DNA from: Myxococcota bacterium
GTDB taxonomy: Bacteria; Myxococcota_A; UBA9042; PHBI01; JAWLBL01
Assembly (NCBI GenBank): GCA_041687695.1
Contig: JAWLBL010000008.1
Coordinates: 1 to 64,000 of the forward strand
Reading direction: 5' to 3'
DNA length: 64,000 bases
Below, one piece after another: positions 8,285-17,528 of this stretch. Position 1 is the stretch's first letter; each line of letters starts with the position of its first letter. The notes beneath the pieces were generated by a model. That model saw only the letters and a program-made list of their open reading frames with translations. It was not told where the DNA came from and searched no databases. A program made the translations under genes and the position numbers.

Positions 8285-9529
8285 TCAGTACAGCAGCACC
8301 AGGCCCACCGAGGCGCCGATGACGACCAGCGCGGCGCCGCCGACCCGCGCGAACAGGGCCGCGCCGCCCAGGGCGCCGGCGAGGGCCGCCTTGAAGGCCA
8401 GGTTCGAGGCCGCGGCGACGACGACCAGGCGCCAGGCCTGCGAGGCGTCGAGCTGGCCGCGCGAGTGCATCTGGGCGGTCGACAGGGTGATGGCGTCGAC
8501 GTCGGTCAGGCCGCTGAGGAGCGAGACCACGTAGAGCCCCTCGGCGCCGAACCAGTCGCGGGAGGCCTCGAGGGCCAGGGTGACCAGGGCGTACAGGGCG
8601 GCGAAGACGAAGGCGGCGCCCAGCTCGGTCGGGTTCTTCTGCTCGGGCAGCTCGGGCTCGCTGCCGCGCAGGCGGCGGAACATCAGCAGCACGATGAGGG
8701 CGCTGACGGCGAAGAGGCCGCCGATGGGCCAGGCGGCGGTGGGGAGCAGGGTGGGCGAGGCGACGGCGATCTCGACCAGGACACGCAGGTAGACGATGGA
8801 CGAGGCGATGAGGATGACCACGGCGGCCAGCGGGACGAGGGCGCGGGCGCCGTGGGCGCGGCGGCCGTAGCTGGCGGTGGTGGCGGTCGAGGAGATGAGG
8901 CCGCCCAGCACGCCGCCGAGCAGCAGGCCGACGCGCTCGCCCAGGAAGCGGTAGAGCAGGTAGCCGCCCAGGTTGATGCCGACCACCAGGACCACCATCA
9001 GCCAGACCTCGCGCGGGTCGATGGCGTCGTAGGGGCCCAGGGGCTCGCTGGGGACCACCGGGAGGATGACCAGGGAGAGCAGGACGAACTGCATGATGGC
9101 GCGGGTGTCGCGGTCGTCCAGGCGGCCGGCGAAGGCGTGGAGCTGGTGCTTGGCTTGCAGCAGCAGGGCGATGCCGCCGGTCAGGACGACCCCGAGCTGG
9201 GTGTAGCCGAGGGTGACCAGGGCGCCGACGCCGTACATGAGCAGCAGGGCTATTTCGCTGGTCAGGCCGGGGTCGAAGGGCTGGTCGGTGCGGCTGCGCA
9301 GGAGGTTGTTGAGGGCGGCGAGGGCGGCGACGGCGAGGAGGCCGGCGCTCAGGGGCCAGACGTAGTCGGGGCCGCCGAGCAGGGTCAGGGCGCCGCCGAG
9401 CAGGGTGACGAGCGGGAAGGTGCGGAAGCCGGCGAGGGCGGGCGCGGTGCGCTCGCGCTGCAGGCCGACGAGCAGGCCGAGCAGGGCGGCGATGGCGAGG
9501 CGGGCGAGCGGGTGCTGGTCGAGGTCCAT
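8285..9529 (-). CDS. MgtC/SapB family membrane protein with DUF4010
   Basis: GLLVGLQRE, AGFRTF, GLTSE, GGLISSTATT, SGLTDVDAIT; many TM segments. Confidence 0.85.
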   Translation of the reverse strand: MDLDQHPLARLAIAALLGLLVGLQRERTAPALAGFRTFPLVTLLGGALTLLGGPDYVWPLSAGLLAVAALAALNNLLRSRTDQPFDPGLTSEIALLLMYGVGALVTLGYTQLGVVLTGGIALLLQAKHQLHAFAGRLDDRDTRAIMQFVLLSLVILPVVPSEPLGPYDAIDPREVWLMVVLVVGINLGGYLLYRFLGERVGLLLGGVLGGLISSTATTASYGRRAHGARALVPLAAVVILIASSIVYLRVLVEIAVASPTLLPTAAWPIGGLFAVSALIVLLMFRRLRGSEPELPEQKNPTELGAAFVFAALYALVTLALEASRDWFGAEGLYVVSLLSGLTDVDAITLSTAQMHSRGQLDASQAWRLVVVAAASNLAFKAALAGALGGAALFARVGGAALVVIGASVGLVLLY

Positions 9530-9646
9530 CGGGCCTTGGGGGACAGGGGCGGCGCCGGCGCGGCGGCGAGGGCGCCGGGCGGCGGCGGCGGTGGGGCGTT
9601 GACGGGGGCGGCGGCGGTGACGAGACTCCGCGCCGGAGGTGAGGCC

Positions 9647-10111
9647 ATGGAGACGTCGGTGGGATCCGAGGGCCGCGCGCTGGGGCAGCTGACCGTGGGC
9701 GACCTGATGACGCGCGACGTCGTCACCCTCGCCGAGCACGAGGACCTGGATCTGGCGGGCATCATCATGCGGCTCGGGCGCATCCGCCACTTACCCGTGG
9801 TCGACGCGGAGGGGCGGCTGCGCGGGCTGGTCAGCCACCGGGACCTGCTGCGGGCGCAGATCGGGGCGGGCGACGGGCCGGGGGCGGCGCAGGCGCAGCT
9901 GGCTCGGGTGGCGGTGAGCGAGGTGATGCAGCGCGACGTGACCAGCGTACCTGGTGACCGACCGCTGGACGAGGCGGCGCGGCTGATGATCGAGCACAAG
10001 TACGGGTGCCTGCCGGTGGTGGACGCCGACGGGCGGCTGGTGGGCATCGTCACCGAGACCGACTTCGTGCGGCTGACCATGCGGCTGGTCACCGGGGCGC
10101 GGGGCGGGTGA
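9647..10111 (+). CDS. CBS-pair domain protein
   Basis: VGDLMTRDV, IRHLPVVD, YGCLPVVD...GIVTETD; RBS GGAGGTGAGG. Confidence 0.9.
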   Translation: METSVGSEGRALGQLTVGDLMTRDVVTLAEHEDLDLAGIIMRLGRIRHLPVVDAEGRLRGLVSHRDLLRAQIGAGDGPGAAQAQLARVAVSEVMQRDVTSVPGDRPLDEAARLMIEHKYGCLPVVDADGRLVGIVTETDFVRLTMRLVTGARGG

Positions 10112-10195
10112 GCGGCGGGGCCGGGGCGGCGATGGCGTAACAGGGCGATGTGATTAGGGTCTTCGGGTACCTCGCCTTCCCCTGGAGACCCTGCC

Positions 10196-11332
10196 ATGCA
10201 CCGAATCCCTGCCGTGACCTCGCTGATCGCCCTGGGCGTGGCGGCGCTGGCGCTCGGGGCCTGCCGCTCGGACTCCGAGGCGCCCCGGCGCGGCGCCGCG
10301 GAGTCCGAGCCGGCGCCGCTCGAGGCCGCGCGCGCCGCCGCCTGCGAGACCCAGGACGGCGTGCTCGTCTGCGACGTGACCCTGGCGGGCGCCGAGGTGG
10401 CCGTGGCCCACGCCGGCGACGCCGCCGAGGTGACCCTGCTCGTGTCGGACAACCACCTGGCGCGGGCGTGCGGCGCCGACGCGGTGGTGCGCGCGCGGCA
10501 GCAGGGGCTGCTCGGGCCGGCCGCGCCGCCCGGGTCGCGCCCCGGGACGCTGCAGCTGGTGCTGCCGGGGGCGCAGGCGCGGATCGAGCGCATCGACGCG
10601 GGCGTGCGCCTGCAGGTGCAGGCGCCCAGCGACGAGCAGCGCCAGATGGCCGTCGCCCACATCAACGATTGGAGCCAGCGCATGACCTCGGGCGCCTGCC
10701 CGCTGCCGGCCGGCTACCAGCTGGCCGAGGATCTGAGCGGGTCGGCGCTGGCGCGCACGCCGGCGCTGGCCCTCGAGCCGATGAGCCCGCCGCCGGTGCC
10801 GAGCGCGCTGCCCTGGACCGGCCCGCCGGCCTGGCGCGCGCCGCCGCCGTCGCCCGCGGCGCAGCGGGTGCGCCTCGAGGCCCGCCGCGAGGCGGCCGGG
10901 GCGAGCCGGGCCGCCGAGGTCGCCGAGGAGCCTGCCCCGGCCGAGGAGCCGGGCGAGCCGACGTGGCAGCGCTTCGAGGTGGTCGACCCGGGCACGCCGC
11001 CGCCGCGGCGGATGGCGCCGCCCTCGGCCGAGCAGGACCTGCCCTTCCGCGAGCCCAGCCGCGCCGAGCGCGAGCCGGTGGACGACGCGCCGCCACCGGC
11101 GCGCCGCGCGCGGCCGGCGCCACCCTCCGAGTCCGAGCCGGGCCCGCGGCCGGCGGTGGAGCGCAGCGAGTCGCCGCGGCCCGAGCGGGCCGAGCGGCCG
11201 CGCCCAGCGCCCGAACGCGAGGAGCGGAGCCGGCCCGCCGGCGAGCGGCGCGCGCCCAAGCCGGAGCGTCAGGCCCCTGCGCCGGGCGGCGACCGGCTGA
11301 TGCGTGACGCCCTGCGGCCGGTCGGGCCGTAG
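10196..11332 (+). CDS. Hypothetical lipoprotein with Pro/Arg/Glu-rich C-terminus
   Basis: Signal peptide ending LGAC; GGAG RBS; low-complexity tail. Confidence 0.6.
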   Translation: MHRIPAVTSLIALGVAALALGACRSDSEAPRRGAAESEPAPLEAARAAACETQDGVLVCDVTLAGAEVAVAHAGDAAEVTLLVSDNHLARACGADAVVRARQQGLLGPAAPPGSRPGTLQLVLPGAQARIERIDAGVRLQVQAPSDEQRQMAVAHINDWSQRMTSGACPLPAGYQLAEDLSGSALARTPALALEPMSPPPVPSALPWTGPPAWRAPPPSPAAQRVRLEARREAAGASRAAEVAEEPAPAEEPGEPTWQRFEVVDPGTPPPRRMAPPSAEQDLPFREPSRAEREPVDDAPPPARRARPAPPSESEPGPRPAVERSESPRPERAERPRPAPEREERSRPAGERRAPKPERQAPAPGGDRLMRDALRPVGP

Positions 11333-11400
11333 GCAGTCGGAAAGCGGAGAGGGGTCAGGCGGGCGGTGCGGGGTCGGTCGGCGAGTCCGGCCGGCTGGCA

Positions 11401-11573
11401 GAGGGTGTCGTATCGATGCCGGCGGAGGCGGCCTTGGAGTGCTCCGGCTTGCCGGAGCCCCGGCCCCGGCGGCTTGCCGCCGGGATCTGGCCGCCAACCC
11501 CGGCGCAGCAAGCTGCGCCGAATGGGGGCTCCACCAAGGTGGAGCACTCCGGTTGGGCTCTTGCGACACCCTC
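11401..11573 (+). mobile_element. 173-bp MITE-like element, copy 3
   Basis: Ends GAGGGTGTCG...CGACACCCTC; flanks TGGCA/TGGAA within GCCGGC-N5-GCCGGC. Confidence 0.9.
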
Positions 11574-11601
11574 TGGAAGCCGGCGGTCCCAGGCCGGCGC
11601 G

Positions 11602-12384
11602 TCAGCCCTCGGACTTGGCCGGCGCCGGGGCCGGCGCGTCGGGGGACAGCTCGGCGGCGAGGGCGTCGCCGAGCTCGTCGGCGCGGGGCAGGACGCCCGT
11701 CACGCGCGTGATGAGCCACTCGAGGCCGCGCCAGAAGCGGACGCGGTCCAGGGTGGGGTTCAGCCAGCCGTTGGTGATGCAGTAGCCGGTCAGGTGCGGC
11801 GCCGCGTGGTGGCCCCGGTGGTGGGGGATGGTCAGGATGAGGCGCACGCGCTGCAGGGCGCGGATGAAGGGCGCCGGCTCGTCCTGGTGGGCCCACTTGT
11901 GGAACTGGTTGGCCGCGTTGGTCAGCAGGATGGTGAACCACAGGAAGGCCAGGGTGAAGGCGTGGCCGCGCTCGTCGGGCAGGGGCTGGTAGGCCAGGAG
12001 CAGGGCCATGACCGGGGCGGCGACGATGGACTGCTCGCCGTTGGTCTGGACCAGGCCGTGGTGGGTGATGGCCTTGGCGTCGATGTGGTGCTCGCGGAAG
12101 GAGCGGATGAAGACCTTGCCCAGCACCGGCGTGCGCGGCGAGCCCCAGGTGTCGCAGGCCCAGTGGACGATGCCCGTCAGCAGATCCGAGGCGAGCATGC
12201 CCAGGCCCCAGGCCCCCAGGACCAGCCAGAAGTCGACCGCCGGGTGCGACAGCGCGCGCACGCCGACCCAGACGGTCACGGCGGCGAAGGCGATCATCCC
12301 GGCGATGTTGAGCCGGTGCTGCAGGGGCGTGTAGCCGGCGGCCAGCTCGGCGGCGTCGTAACGGGGCTCGATGGGCTTGCTCAT
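11602..12384 (-). CDS. carF: CarF/TMEM189-type lipid desaturase (plasmanylethanolamine desaturase)
   Basis: His motifs GIVHWACDTWGS, FREHH, NQFHKWAH, HHRGHH, and YCITNGWLN. Confidence 0.85.
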   Translation of the reverse strand: MSKPIEPRYDAAELAAGYTPLQHRLNIAGMIAFAAVTVWVGVRALSHPAVDFWLVLGAWGLGMLASDLLTGIVHWACDTWGSPRTPVLGKVFIRSFREHHIDAKAITHHGLVQTNGEQSIVAAPVMALLLAYQPLPDERGHAFTLAFLWFTILLTNAANQFHKWAHQDEPAPFIRALQRVRLILTIPHHRGHHAAPHLTGYCITNGWLNPTLDRVRFWRGLEWLITRVTGVLPRADELGDALAAELSPDAPAPAPAKSEG

Positions 12385-12434
12385 GCCCAAGTGATGCCCC
12401 AAATCGACGGCCGTGCAAAGGGGGGCCTCCCCGC

Positions 12435-14543
12435 TCAGTCGTCGCGGTCCGCCGGGCCCGCCGTGGGCAGCTCGACCCAGAAGGTCGAGCCCTGCCCCGG
12501 GGCGCTGTCGACGCCGATGCGGCCGCCCAGGGCCTCGACGATCTGGCGGACGATCCACAGGCCGAGGCCCAGGCCGCCGTAGTGCCGGCTGGAGGCGCCG
12601 CGCTCGAAGCGCTCGAAGATGCGCTGCTGGTCCTCGGGGCGGATGCCCGCGCCCCGGTCGCGGACCTCGAGGCGCGCGCGGTCGCCCGCGGCGGTCACCG
12701 AGAGATGGATGGGGCCCCGGGCGCCGTAGCGCATGGCGTTCGTGAGCAGGTTGGTGACGACCTGGTCGAGCCGCATGCGGTCCCAGCGCCCCGGGACGGC
12801 CTCGTCGCCCGCCAGGGTCACGGCGCAGCCCGCGTCGTGCAGATCGTGGGCGTGGCGCGTGACCACCTCTCGGGTCAGCGCCGCCAGATCGCAGGGCTCG
12901 AGCTGCAGGCGCAGCCGGCTCGAGGTGATGCGCGACAGGTCGAGCAGCTCCTTGACCAGCTTCGCGAGCCGCTCGATCTGGCGCTCGACGGTCTCGACCC
13001 GCTGGCCGAGGCGCTGGGGGTCGGCCGCGGCCCCCTCGGTGGCGACCTGCCGGCGCAGCATCTGGACCTGCAGCAGCAGCGGCGTCAGAGGGGTGTTGAG
13101 CTCGTGCGAGGCCACCGACAGGAACTCGTCGCGGGCCGCCACCGCCGCCTCGAGCTCGCGGACCAGCAGGGCGCGCTCCTCCTCGGACTCGCGCTGCTCG
13201 GTGACGTCGACCTGGACGAGCCCGACGCCGACCGGGTGCCCGTCGGGGCCGTGGATCGGGTAGCCGCTGAGGGTCCAGCGCCGCGCGTGGTCGCCCAGCC
13301 CAGGCACGCACCCCGACAGCTCGAGGCCGGTCACGGCCGCGCCGGTCGCCAGCACCCGCTCGAGCACGGGCTCGAGGCGGTCGGCGAGCAGCGGCTGGGC
13401 GTCGCGCACGGCGTGGCCGACGTGCTCGCTGGCCGGCTGGCCGCTCATGGCGGCGTACGAGGCGCTGACCCGGATGAAGCGCAGGTCGCGCCCGACGAAG
13501 GCCAGGCCGATGGGGGCCTCGCGCAGGAAGGTGTCGAGGACGGCGAGGTCCTCGTGCTTGCGCCGCGCGGTCTCCTGGGCCCTGCGGTAGCGGCGGGCGT
13601 GGTCCAGCGCCAGGGCGGCGCGGCGGACGGCCTCGCCCAGGACCTGCAGGTCGGCGGGGGCGAGGGGGCGGCCGCGCGGGAGGAAGAAGGTGACGACGCC
13701 GAGGGCGCGGCCGCGGTGGACCATGGGGACGAGGGCGACCGCGCCGGCGTCGATGGCCTGGAGGGCCTCGCGGTGCGGGGGGGACTGGGCCAGCGCGTCG
13801 AGGTCGGCCGCGGCCACCGGGTCGAGCACGATGGGATCGCGCGCGGCGAGGGCGGCCGTGAGCGGATCGTCGCGGTCCAGACGCAGCGGGGCGGCGCGCA
13901 GCCGGGCGGCGACGGCGGCGCCGTCCGGCGAGGCGTAGCCGATGTCGCGTGTGACCTGGTCGCCGTCGACGAGATCGACGGTGCACAGGCGGGCCAGCTC
14001 GGGGCAGGCGGCGCGGGCGAGGGCGGCGGCGACCGAGCGCTCGTTGAGCGTGCCGTGGAACAGGCCGGTGGCGCGGGCGAGCCAGGCGCTGCGCTGCCAG
14101 GCCGCGCCTTGGCGCTGGAGGTCGCGTCCGACGGAGCGTCCGACCAGCGAGAGGCGGGCGCGGGCGCGCAGGCGGGCGGGGACGGGGCGGCCGGCGGAGA
14201 GCCAGGCGGCCCAGGTGGCGGCGCCCCAGACGCCGAGGCCGCCCAGGGCGCGCTCGAGCAGCCGGTCGGGGCCGACGCCCTGGGCGACCGCCGCGGTGAC
14301 GGCGACGGCCCCGAGGGCGGCCACGACCAGGCCGGAGCGCAGGCCGGCGGCGGCGGCCATCCAGGCGGCGACCGCGACCGGGGCCAGGACGTGCAGCCCC
14401 GACGGCAGCGGGGCCGACCAGGTGGCGAGCCCGACGACCGCGATGGCGGCGCTCCAGGCGGCCAGCAAGCGGACGGCCTGCGGCGCGGCGAGGCGCTCCA
14501 CGCGGTCCGCGGGCGTCACGATGGGCAGGGGTTCGTTGACCAT
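12435..14543 (-). CDS. Membrane sensor histidine kinase (TM-GAF-PAS-HisKA-HATPase)
   Basis: ASHELNTPL H-box, NLLTNAMRY N-box, DRGAGI, GLGLGL; PAS (EAPIGLAFVGRDLRF); GAF region. Confidence 0.9.
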   Translation of the reverse strand: MVNEPLPIVTPADRVERLAAPQAVRLLAAWSAAIAVVGLATWSAPLPSGLHVLAPVAVAAWMAAAAGLRSGLVVAALGAVAVTAAVAQGVGPDRLLERALGGLGVWGAATWAAWLSAGRPVPARLRARARLSLVGRSVGRDLQRQGAAWQRSAWLARATGLFHGTLNERSVAAALARAACPELARLCTVDLVDGDQVTRDIGYASPDGAAVAARLRAAPLRLDRDDPLTAALAARDPIVLDPVAAADLDALAQSPPHREALQAIDAGAVALVPMVHRGRALGVVTFFLPRGRPLAPADLQVLGEAVRRAALALDHARRYRRAQETARRKHEDLAVLDTFLREAPIGLAFVGRDLRFIRVSASYAAMSGQPASEHVGHAVRDAQPLLADRLEPVLERVLATGAAVTGLELSGCVPGLGDHARRWTLSGYPIHGPDGHPVGVGLVQVDVTEQRESEEERALLVRELEAAVAARDEFLSVASHELNTPLTPLLLQVQMLRRQVATEGAAADPQRLGQRVETVERQIERLAKLVKELLDLSRITSSRLRLQLEPCDLAALTREVVTRHAHDLHDAGCAVTLAGDEAVPGRWDRMRLDQVVTNLLTNAMRYGARGPIHLSVTAAGDRARLEVRDRGAGIRPEDQQRIFERFERGASSRHYGGLGLGLWIVRQIVEALGGRIGVDSAPGQGSTFWVELPTAGPADRDD

Positions 14544-14714
14544 GAGGCGGGGGGGGGGCGCCCACGGGGAGAGCGTGCGCCGTCCCGTGAGCAGTTGGGT
14601 GTCCGACGGTTCTATCACCCGCCCGAGGGGGAGTCCCGCCCGCGGTCGCGCCAAGGCGGGTTGCGCGCTGGGCGGCGGTGGGGCACGGTCGGTGGACCGG
14701 AGAGGAGGGCAGCG

Positions 14715-15422
14715 ATGAGCGCGACGCGAACGGATCTCGAGGGCGCCCTGCGGCAGACCCTGGAAGACGGGCGGCTGAGCCGAAGCGAGCGGCGGGCGCT
14801 GGGGGAGCTGCTGGCGGAGCAGCCGCGGGATCCGCTGGAGCTGGCGGTGCTGCGGGCGCGCGTGTTCGAGCTGGCGCGGGAGCGGCTGCGCCACCCCGAG
14901 GACCGCGAGGTGCTGGCCTGGGTGGAGGAGGTCGTGAAGACCTTCCTGGTGGCTGCGCCGGCGCCGGCGCGCCCTGCGGGTCGGGCCGAGGCCTGGTTCA
15001 GCCCGGGGGGCGACTGCCACGAGCGGATCGTCGCCCTGTTCGAGGGGGCCCGGCGCCGGGTCGACGCCTGCGTCTTCACGATCACCGACGACCGCGTGGC
15101 GCGCGCGATGCTGGGCGCCCACCGGCGGGGCGTCGCCCTGCGCGTCATCACCGACGACGACAAGTGCTGGGACCGCGGGTCGGACATCGAGAAGCTCGTC
15201 GACGCGGGCGTGCCGGTGCGCTTCGACCCCGACCCGGCCCACATGCACCACAAGTTCGCGATCTTCGACGGCGAGCTGCTGCTGACGGGCAGCTACAACT
15301 GGACCCGGGGGGCCGCCGAGCACAACTGGGAGAACCTCATCGCCCTCGACGACGACCGGCTGGTGACGCCGTTCTCGCGCGTGTTCGAGCAGCTGTGGGA
15401 GGCGTTCGCCGAGGCGCCCTGA
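14715..15422 (+). CDS. Phospholipase D-like (single HKD) nuclease family protein
   Basis: HMHHKFAIFD...TGSYNWT...NWEN; AWFSPG; RBS GAGGAGG. Confidence 0.85.
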   Translation: MSATRTDLEGALRQTLEDGRLSRSERRALGELLAEQPRDPLELAVLRARVFELARERLRHPEDREVLAWVEEVVKTFLVAAPAPARPAGRAEAWFSPGGDCHERIVALFEGARRRVDACVFTITDDRVARAMLGAHRRGVALRVITDDDKCWDRGSDIEKLVDAGVPVRFDPDPAHMHHKFAIFDGELLLTGSYNWTRGAAEHNWENLIALDDDRLVTPFSRVFEQLWEAFAEAP

Positions 15423-15661
15423 GGCGCGGCGCGGGCCCCGGGACGACGGCGGGCGGGGCGCGGCGCGCTTGAACGAGGGCGCGACGGGCCTACGCTAGTC
15501 GAGTCACCCATCCCAAGCCCCACGTCCCCGATCTCATTGAACGGCTCGGCCTGACAGAGCCCACGCAGGTGACCCCGCGCGCCGCCCGGCGGCGTCTCGG
15601 CGGGACCCTCACCCGCGCGCGAGAGCAGCGTGGGGCGCGCCTCCCCACCCGGAGATCCGCG

Positions 15662-16084
15662 ATGAACCGTACGATCCTCCGCCTCTTCTTGTGTCTGGCG
15701 ATGGCCGCGCCGGTCGGACTGGGCGCGAGCGCCTGCAGCACGCGCACCGCCGTCATCGGCGGCCTCGGCGCGGCCGCGGTCGGCGTCTACATGTACGACC
15801 GGGGCAGCGTCAGCCGAGTCTACGGCGCCCAGAAGGACCAGGTCGAAGCGGCCGTGCGCGCCGTGCTGCGCGATTACGGGGCCGTGGTCACCGACTATGA
15901 GCCCGGCTACGACGAGGCCCAGATCGACGCCGAGGGCCCCGGCGGCAACGACTTCGAGATCGAGGTCGAGCGCGCGAGCGCGACCGCGACCGAGGTCAGC
16001 GTCCGCATCGGCACCATCGGCGACAAGAGCGACGCCATCGACTTCCACAACCGGCTCGAGCGCAAGCTGTTCGGGCGGCTCTGA
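15662..16084 (+). CDS. DUF3568-like lipoprotein
   Basis: Lipobox ASAC, Gly/Ala-rich hydrophobic segment, C-terminal TEVSVRIGTIGD. Confidence 0.6.
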   Translation: MNRTILRLFLCLAMAAPVGLGASACSTRTAVIGGLGAAAVGVYMYDRGSVSRVYGAQKDQVEAAVRAVLRDYGAVVTDYEPGYDEAQIDAEGPGGNDFEIEVERASATATEVSVRIGTIGDKSDAIDFHNRLERKLFGRL

Positions 16085-16187
16085 GCCGCGGCGCGACGTG
16101 GCCGCCGGGATCTCCGTCGGGCGATCCCGCGCGGCCGCGGCCGCGTCCCGTCGCCCGCGTGATGGCATGGCCATGGAGGCTCGGGCC

Positions 16188-16367
16188 ATGAAAGGTATCC
16201 TGTCCTCGCTCGTCCTCATCGCGGTCGTCGTGCTGGCCATCTGGCTCATCGGCCAGGCGTTCGGCTTCGAGATCGCCCTCATCCCGTCGCTCGTCATCTC
16301 GGTCGTGCTGACGCTCGTCCTGAGCCTGGTGCTGCGCGGGTTCCGCACCCGGAGACCGGTCCGATGA
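16188..16367 (+). CDS. Small two-TM membrane protein
   Basis: 59 aa, two hydrophobic helices, GGAGG RBS, stop overlaps the next ATG. Confidence 0.65.
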   Translation: MKGILSSLVLIAVVVLAIWLIGQAFGFEIALIPSLVISVVLTLVLSLVLRGFRTRRPVR

Positions 16368-16681
16368 AGCACGCCATCCCCCACGATCTGTCGCCCGAGA
16401 CGGCCCGCCGCGCGGCCGAGCACGCGCTGCAGGACTACTGCGAGCGCTTCGCCGAGTACCACCCGCGCGCGACCTGGGTCGACGAGCGGCACGCGGACAT
16501 CAGCTTCCGCGCCAAGGGGGTGGTCCTCGAGGGCGGGCTGGACGTGAACCCGGACGAGATCGTCGTGCAGCTGGACGTGCCGCTGCTGTTGCGGCCGTTC
16601 CGCAAGCGCGCCGTCAGCACCATCGACGGCGAGGTGCGCCGGTGGATCGACAAGGCCCGGCGCGGCGAGCTGGACGCCTAG
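16364..16681 (+). CDS. Polyhydroxyalkanoic acid system family protein
   Basis: MKHAIPHDL... and LDVPLLLRPF pattern; 105 aa. Confidence 0.7.
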   Translation: MKHAIPHDLSPETARRAAEHALQDYCERFAEYHPRATWVDERHADISFRAKGVVLEGGLDVNPDEIVVQLDVPLLLRPFRKRAVSTIDGEVRRWIDKARRGELDA

Positions 16682-16707
16682 CTCGAGGCGGGTCGGGCCG
16701 GCTGGAA

Positions 16708-16880
16708 GAGGGTGTCGTATCGATGCCGGCGGAGGCGGCCTTGGAGTGCTCCGGCTTGCCGGAGCCCCGGCCCCGGCGGCTTGCCGCCGGGATCTGGCCG
16801 CCAAACCCGGCGCAGCAAGCTGCGCCGGATGGGGGCTCCACCAAGCTGGAGCACTCCGGTTGGGCTTCTGCCACACCCTC
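16708..16880 (+). mobile_element. 173-bp MITE-like element, copy 4
   Basis: Ends GAGGGTGTCG...CCACACCCTC; TGGAA on both flanks; an empty REP unit lies nearby at 16933-16949. Confidence 0.9.
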
Positions 16881-17018
16881 TGGAAGCCGGCGGTCCCACA
16901 GGGGGGCGGCGCTGGCCTGTTCGCAACCGCCGGCCGGCTGGAAGCCGGCGATCCCAGTGGGCCGGCGCCGGCATGGTCACTGATCCAAGCCGGCTGGGAG
17001 CTGGCGATTGCGGACCCG

Positions 17019-17459
17019 TCAGGGGACGATGGTCAGGGCCGTCTTGCACAGCGCGCTGAGGCCGCGCGAGACGCTGCCCTCGATGACGCGGCGCAGGGGG
17101 CCCTTGCCGGTGCGTCCGACGACCACCATCGCCACGTCGGGCTGCTCGGCCATCTCGGCGAGGCTGGTGACGACGTGGCCGATCTCGACGTGGGCGCGGA
17201 TGACCGGCACGTCGGGGCCGAGGCGGGCGAGGGCCGGGTTCAGGATCTCGTCGTGGGCGCGGGCCTTGACCGCCTCGACGTCGACGTGGGCGATGCCCTC
17301 GCGGGTGAAGACTTCCTCGGGCGGCGTCTCGACGACGGTCACGACGTCGAGCGACCAGCCCGAGCAGCGCGCGAGCCGCGACGCGAGCTGGAGGGCGCGC
17401 TCGGAGGGCTCGGAGCCGTCGACGGCGACGAGGATGCGCTGGCCGTGGGCGGTGGTCAT
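17019..17459 (-). CDS. Universal stress protein
   Basis: RILVAVDGSEPSERAL and VVGRTGKG...GSVS. Confidence 0.9.
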   Translation of the reverse strand: MTTAHGQRILVAVDGSEPSERALQLASRLARCSGWSLDVVTVVETPPEEVFTREGIAHVDVEAVKARAHDEILNPALARLGPDVPVIRAHVEIGHVVTSLAEMAEQPDVAMVVVGRTGKGPLRRVIEGSVSRGLSALCKTALTIVP

Positions 17460-17528
17460 GCGGGGGACTCCTGAACGGGGATGGCGGTAGGGTGGATCCA
17501 GGGTAGCACGCCCGGCCGGCCTTTGGAG

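Noticed and set aside
14715..15422. PLD nuclease as an anti-phage defence system
   Set aside because: A stand-alone gene with host-like composition and no neighbouring helicase, methylase or other defence genes.
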